Positions 60,243 through 64,000 of a stretch of DNA of 64,000 nucleotides are shown in pieces. The notes under the pieces are model-generated. The model searched no databases. It saw only the letters and a program-made list of their open reading frames with translations, and was not told the origin of the DNA. The stretch is from an uncultured Methylomirabilota bacterium (GTDB lineage Bacteria; Methylomirabilota; Methylomirabilia; Methylomirabilales; 2-02-FULL-66-22). Location: positions 160,001 through 224,000 of the forward strand of contig CAWJSJ010000001.1 in the NCBI GenBank assembly GCA_963845565.1, written 5' to 3'. Position 1 is the stretch's first letter; each line of letters opens with the position of its first letter. Made by a program: the position numbers and the translations under genes.

Positions 60243-60446
60243 ATGATGCGACACTTTCTGGCTGTGATTGTCTTTGGACTCGTCATCGCGTTCGGCGCGG
60301 CCGCGTGCGACAAGGGCCCGATGCAAAAGACGGGCGAGAAGATCGACCGCGCCACGGGTCAGGACAAGGTGATCGGAACGGGTCCCCTCGAGCAGGCGGG
60401 CCGGAACGTTGACCGGGCTGTGAAAGACCTCAAGAAGCTCGACTGA
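60243..60446 (+). CDS. Small lipoprotein
   Basis: Lipobox AAAC; two internal repeats GPMQKTGEKIDRA and GPLEQAGRNVDRA. Confidence 0.7.
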   Translation: MMRHFLAVIVFGLVIAFGAAACDKGPMQKTGEKIDRATGQDKVIGTGPLEQAGRNVDRAVKDLKKLD

Positions 60447-60565
60447 AGCGTCAGGGTTGTCGGTGGGGTCAAGGTGATTTTCGCACAGCGCGTGTTCGAG
60501 TGCGCGCAAGTCTGCGGACGCACGCCGCATCGGCGGGACGCGACCGCCCCACAAGGAGGAAGATC

Positions 60566-61285
60566 ATGAAACGGTACACGATGTGGAACACAGTCCGGAC
60601 TGCTATGACCGCCCTCGCGCTGGGCGGACTGATCCTCGGCCTGGCGCCGTCGGCCTGGGCCGACGATGCCCAGGATGCGACCCAACTCGTCGACAAAGCG
60701 CGTCTGACGTTTGAAGCCTTCATTGGGGACAAAGACATGGGGCCGGCCCTCCGGTCGCTCGTCAAGGGAGCCAAGGGTGTGCTCGTCTATCCCCAGATCC
60801 TCCGCGGCGCCTTCATCGTCGGGGCCTCGGGTGGCAACGGCGTGTTCCTGGCCAAGGATGACAAGGCAGACGTCTGGAGTGGTCCGGCCTTCTACACCAT
60901 CGGACAGGGCAGCTTCGGGCTCCAGGCCGGGGGCGATGCCTCGGAGGTCGTGCTCGTCGCTCTGACCGAGCGGGGCGTGACGGCCATGCTGGCCAACAGC
61001 GCCAAGCTCGGCGCCAACGCCAGCGTGGCGGCGGGACCAGTCGGGGCGGGGGCGGAAGCCTCCACGGCCAACATCAGCGCCGACATCCTCGCCTACTCGC
61101 GCGCCAAGGGTCTGTACGCGGGGATCTCGCTGGATGGCGCGGTGGTGGCGACCCGGGACGCCCTGAACCATGCCTATTACGGCAAGGAAGTCACCCCTAC
61201 CGACATCCTCGTCAAGCGGACGGTGAAAAACCCGCAGGCCGCTAGCTTGATCGACGCCGTGGCCAAAGTCGCCCGCGGGAAATAG
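60566..61285 (+). CDS. SYLF/YSC84 lipid-binding domain protein, exported
   Basis: AKGVLVYP, GAFIVGASGGNG, WSGPAF, SFGLQAG, YSRAKGLYAGISLDG. Confidence 0.88.
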   Translation: MKRYTMWNTVRTAMTALALGGLILGLAPSAWADDAQDATQLVDKARLTFEAFIGDKDMGPALRSLVKGAKGVLVYPQILRGAFIVGASGGNGVFLAKDDKADVWSGPAFYTIGQGSFGLQAGGDASEVVLVALTERGVTAMLANSAKLGANASVAAGPVGAGAEASTANISADILAYSRAKGLYAGISLDGAVVATRDALNHAYYGKEVTPTDILVKRTVKNPQAASLIDAVAKVARGK

Positions 61286-61315
61286 GCCGTTGTCAAAGAA
61301 TAAATGGAGACATCG

Positions 61316-61699
61316 ATGCTGTATGTGACCGACACCCCCAAGGATGTGGCAACCGCCACGCGGGATCTGGAAGAAGCGGTGAAGCGCAACAAGTTCGGCG
61401 TCCTGCATGTGCACGACCTCCAGAAAACGCTCAAGGAGAAGGGCGTGGACTTTCCGAACGCCTGTCGGATCCTGGAGGTGTGCAACCCGCAGCGGGCCGT
61501 CCAGGTGCTGACGGGGAACATGGGAATGAACATGGCCCTGCCTTGCCGGATCTCTGTCTATCAGGACGGGGGGAAGACCAAGATCGGCATGATTCGGCCG
61601 ACCGCCCTCCTGGCGCTCTTCCCCGGGGCCGCCGCCCTCAAAGCGGTCGCGGAGGACGTGGAGCGGGAGACCATACAGATGATTGACGAGGCGCGCTAA
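61316..61699 (+). CDS. DUF302 domain protein
   Basis: FGVLHVHDLQKTLKEKG, ILEVCNP, ALPCRISVY, IRPT. Confidence 0.85.
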   Translation: MLYVTDTPKDVATATRDLEEAVKRNKFGVLHVHDLQKTLKEKGVDFPNACRILEVCNPQRAVQVLTGNMGMNMALPCRISVYQDGGKTKIGMIRPTALLALFPGAAALKAVAEDVERETIQMIDEAR

Positions 61700-61715
61700 A
61701 GGAGGAGAAGAAGAG

Positions 61716-61934
61716 ATGAACGCAATCAAGCTCGCGGCAATCGCGTTGATTGTGGTCGGCATCCTGGGGTTGGCGTATGGCAGTTTCAGTTACACCAAGG
61801 AGACCCACGGGGTCAAGCTGGGTTCGCTCGAGCTGTCGGTGAAGGACAAGCAGACGGTCAACGTCCCCGTCTGGGCTGGCGTGGGGGCGATAGTGGCCGG
61901 CGGCGTCCTGCTGTTTTGGCGCAAGCAGAGCTAG
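61716..61934 (+). CDS. Small two-TM membrane protein
   Basis: LIVVGILGLAYGSFSYTKETH...PVWAGVGAIVAGGVLL; AGGAGG RBS. Confidence 0.75.
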   Translation: MNAIKLAAIALIVVGILGLAYGSFSYTKETHGVKLGSLELSVKDKQTVNVPVWAGVGAIVAGGVLLFWRKQS

Positions 61935-62100
61935 GCCCTGCGTCAGAGCCGCCTGACGACCCCTCGTGCAGCGGACGCGTGTGCTGCCGGGGCGTACAGG
62001 ACCGATTCGAGCCTCCAAAGTGCTCGATCTCAAGTTGCCCACCCGGGAAGCGCGCACGAACGAACTCGCGCCTCGGACACCCCGATGATCGCGGCCCCTC

Positions 62101-62250
62101 TCCGACTGATCGGAGCGCATCCGATATTTCGTACCGCTCCCACCGGTCTCTCCGCGCAAGGGTCGCCGCAGCATCATGAGGAAACTCGCGATTCGAAAGT
62201 GGCGGGACCTCGTTTGGCAACCTGAGAAGCGGAGTGGATCTGGCTTTGCA
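62101..62250 (+). promoter_or_regulatory. Sigma54-type cassette copy E
   Basis: TCCGActgaTCGGAgcgcaTCCGAtattTCGTA at 62101-62133; TGGATCTGGCTTTGCA at 62235-62250. Confidence 0.8.
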
Positions 62251-62338
62251 TCTTCGGCGGACAACAGGTGGGTTGGATACGCAAGGCACGGAGCGAACTT
62301 GTCGTAGAATCCGCCACCGCGCTGCAAGGAGCACGAAC

Positions 62339-63409
62339 GTGAACTTCCAACAACGAAGTGCGGAAGGACGAAAGGATCGACGTGCACCAACCGCGACACT
62401 CCGGTCTGCCAAGTCCATGTGGAAACGGATCGTGTCCCGCTATGAGAAGCCGTCCCTGAGCCGCAGCGTGTGGCAGGCGGCGAACACGTTCGTCTCCTAC
62501 GGGGTTCTGTGGTATCTGATGCAGCGAAGCGTGGCGATTTCCCCCTGGATCACGCTGGCCCTGGCGCTCGTTGCCGCGGGTTTTCTGGTGCGCCTCTTTA
62601 TCATCTTTCATGACTGCGGCCACGGGTCGTTTTTCCAGTCACGGAAGGCCAACGACACTCTGGGCGTGATCACCGGGATCCTGACCTTCACACCCTACTA
62701 CCAGTGGCGGCACAAACATGCCATTCACCACGCCACCTCCAGCGACCTGGACCGGCGCGGCACCGGCGATGTCTGGACCATGACGGTGCGAGAGTACCTC
62801 GATGCCTCTGGCTGGCGGCGTTTTGCCTATCGGCTAACACGCAACCCTCTGGTGTTGTTCGGCATTGCCCCGCTCCTCTTGCTGGTGTTCGGACAGCGGT
62901 TCCCGTGGCGAAAGGCAGACCGACGAGAGCGCACCAACGTCCTGTGGACGAATCTGGCAATCCTCGGGATGGCCGCGCTGCTCACCTGGTGGATGGGCCT
63001 CAAGGCGTACCTGATGATCCAATTGACGGTCCTGATGATCGCAGGTTCCGTCGGGGTGTGGTTGTTCTACGTACAGCATCAGTTCGAGACCACCTATTGG
63101 GAGCGGCGCGGTCAATGGGACTTCGTGACGGCGGCCATCCGGGGGAGTTCCTTTTACAAGCTTCCCAGGGTGTTGCAATGGTTCACGGGCAACATCGGAT
63201 TCCATCACGTCCATCACCTGAGCCCGGGGATCCCCAACTATAATCTGGAGAAGTGCCACAAAGCGGATCCGCTCTTTCAGGACGTCGAGCATGTCACGCT
63301 ACTCTCCAGCCTGAGATCTCTTACCTACCGCCTGTGGGATGAACAGCGACAGAAATGGGTCGGCTACGGTCACGTGAGAGCGCTGCGCCGCGGATGGCCA
63401 ACCGGCTGA
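62339..63409 (+). CDS. Membrane fatty acid desaturase
   Basis: His boxes HDCGH, HAIHH, HHVHH; FYVQHQF. Start set at the GTG after AAGGAG because the track's start overlaps the promoter. Confidence 0.92.
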   Translation: MNFQQRSAEGRKDRRAPTATLRSAKSMWKRIVSRYEKPSLSRSVWQAANTFVSYGVLWYLMQRSVAISPWITLALALVAAGFLVRLFIIFHDCGHGSFFQSRKANDTLGVITGILTFTPYYQWRHKHAIHHATSSDLDRRGTGDVWTMTVREYLDASGWRRFAYRLTRNPLVLFGIAPLLLLVFGQRFPWRKADRRERTNVLWTNLAILGMAALLTWWMGLKAYLMIQLTVLMIAGSVGVWLFYVQHQFETTYWERRGQWDFVTAAIRGSSFYKLPRVLQWFTGNIGFHHVHHLSPGIPNYNLEKCHKADPLFQDVEHVTLLSSLRSLTYRLWDEQRQKWVGYGHVRALRRGWPTG

Positions 63410-63661
63410 ATCCGAACGGCCTCTGCACTGGTCGCGGAACCCGTCCGTACGTGAGGGGCGCGAACGCGGCGAAGATCCCTTTGCGCTGTGCACGCTCATC
63501 CGCGCGATGGCTGACGCCCCCGTCATCGAAGGCGCAAGGAACCGTGGGGAACAACGAGGGAAAGGACGCGCAGATTCCAAACCAATCTGAGGAGCGTGAT
63601 CGCGCGGGAAGTCAGGTCGCGGCACGTTGATCCGGTGGTGATCGGTTGAAAGGAGGAGGTC

Positions 63662-63832
63662 ATGGACGTCAATTTCTGGTTGGGAATTCTCATTGGGCTC
63701 ATTGTCGGGGGCGGGGCGGTCTGGTACTTCAAGGTGCGTTCACTCCAGGGGTCCGTCATCACGATGACCGGCGAATACCGGACCGCCGAGAAGGGACGAA
63801 AGGACCTCGAGGCGAAGAGCAGGCAGCACTGA
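63662..63832 (+). CDS. Small single-TM hypothetical protein
   Basis: AGGAGGAGGT RBS; MDVNFWLGILIGLIVGGGAVWYFKVR...RQH*. Confidence 0.6.
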   Translation: MDVNFWLGILIGLIVGGGAVWYFKVRSLQGSVITMTGEYRTAEKGRKDLEAKSRQH

Positions 63833-64000
63833 ATCAGTGCGGGATGGTTGAGACCAAGCCCCGACCCTAGACGGGGGATACTCGCGTGTGAGAATGTGGA
63901 CACGAGAGGTGAGTTGCAGAGGTCCACGGCGCTGGTCGGGGGGAAGCCGTGCGTGATCCAAGTCGGCCAATCCCCTCGTCAGAGCCGCCGAACCCCTCGC

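Noticed and set aside
48008..62250. The recurring motifs as a CRISPR array or IS ends
   Set aside because: Copies are kilobases apart, always upstream of and oriented with genes, with no cas or transposase genes and no spacer structure.
62234..62338. N-terminal extension of the desaturase
   Set aside because: It overlaps the -24/-12 element; a better RBS and start lie at 62339.

Overview
GC-rich (roughly two-thirds G+C by eye) bacterial chromosomal window, densely coding, with no rRNA, tRNA, CRISPR array or transposase recognised. Left to right: (1) an ORF missed by the ORF track because it runs off the left edge (degenerate Mrr-like nuclease fold plus a TPR-like tail), a MoaD-MoaE fusion and a UPF0182 membrane protein; (2) an RND efflux MFP and permease separated by a CoA-transferase / HMG-CoA-lyase-like / TRAP / isocitrate-lyase-family catabolic block; (3) mixed housekeeping genes (HtrA-like pseudo-protease, lgt, ubiX with an LpdD-like gene, an orphan UpxY/RfaH, an enolase-superfamily enzyme, lipocalin); (4) a long minus-strand block for metal uptake and export (Fur/Zur-ZnuABC-like, M16 peptidase, TetR-HlyD-ABC exporter, Fur-DtxR-FeoB-FTR1); (5) a decayed flavocytochrome c remnant; and (6) a ~16 kb stress-type island (CheR-PAS, hybrid kinase, two GlsB, FtsH, Csp, CBS, RNB, DedA, entericidin, DUF3309, YtxH-like, SYLF, DUF302, desaturase). 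The strongest new signal is in the island. Five copies of one promoter cassette recur there: a tandem palindrome TCCGA-N4-TCGGA-N5-TCCGA-N4-TCG, then 100-102 bp later a variant sigma54 -24/-12 element TGGwTyyGGCyTTGCA. This defines a candidate enhancer-dependent regulon whose activator is not encoded in the window. About eight frameshifts in otherwise intact genes look like assembly indel errors. All family calls come from motif recognition by eye; no searches were run.
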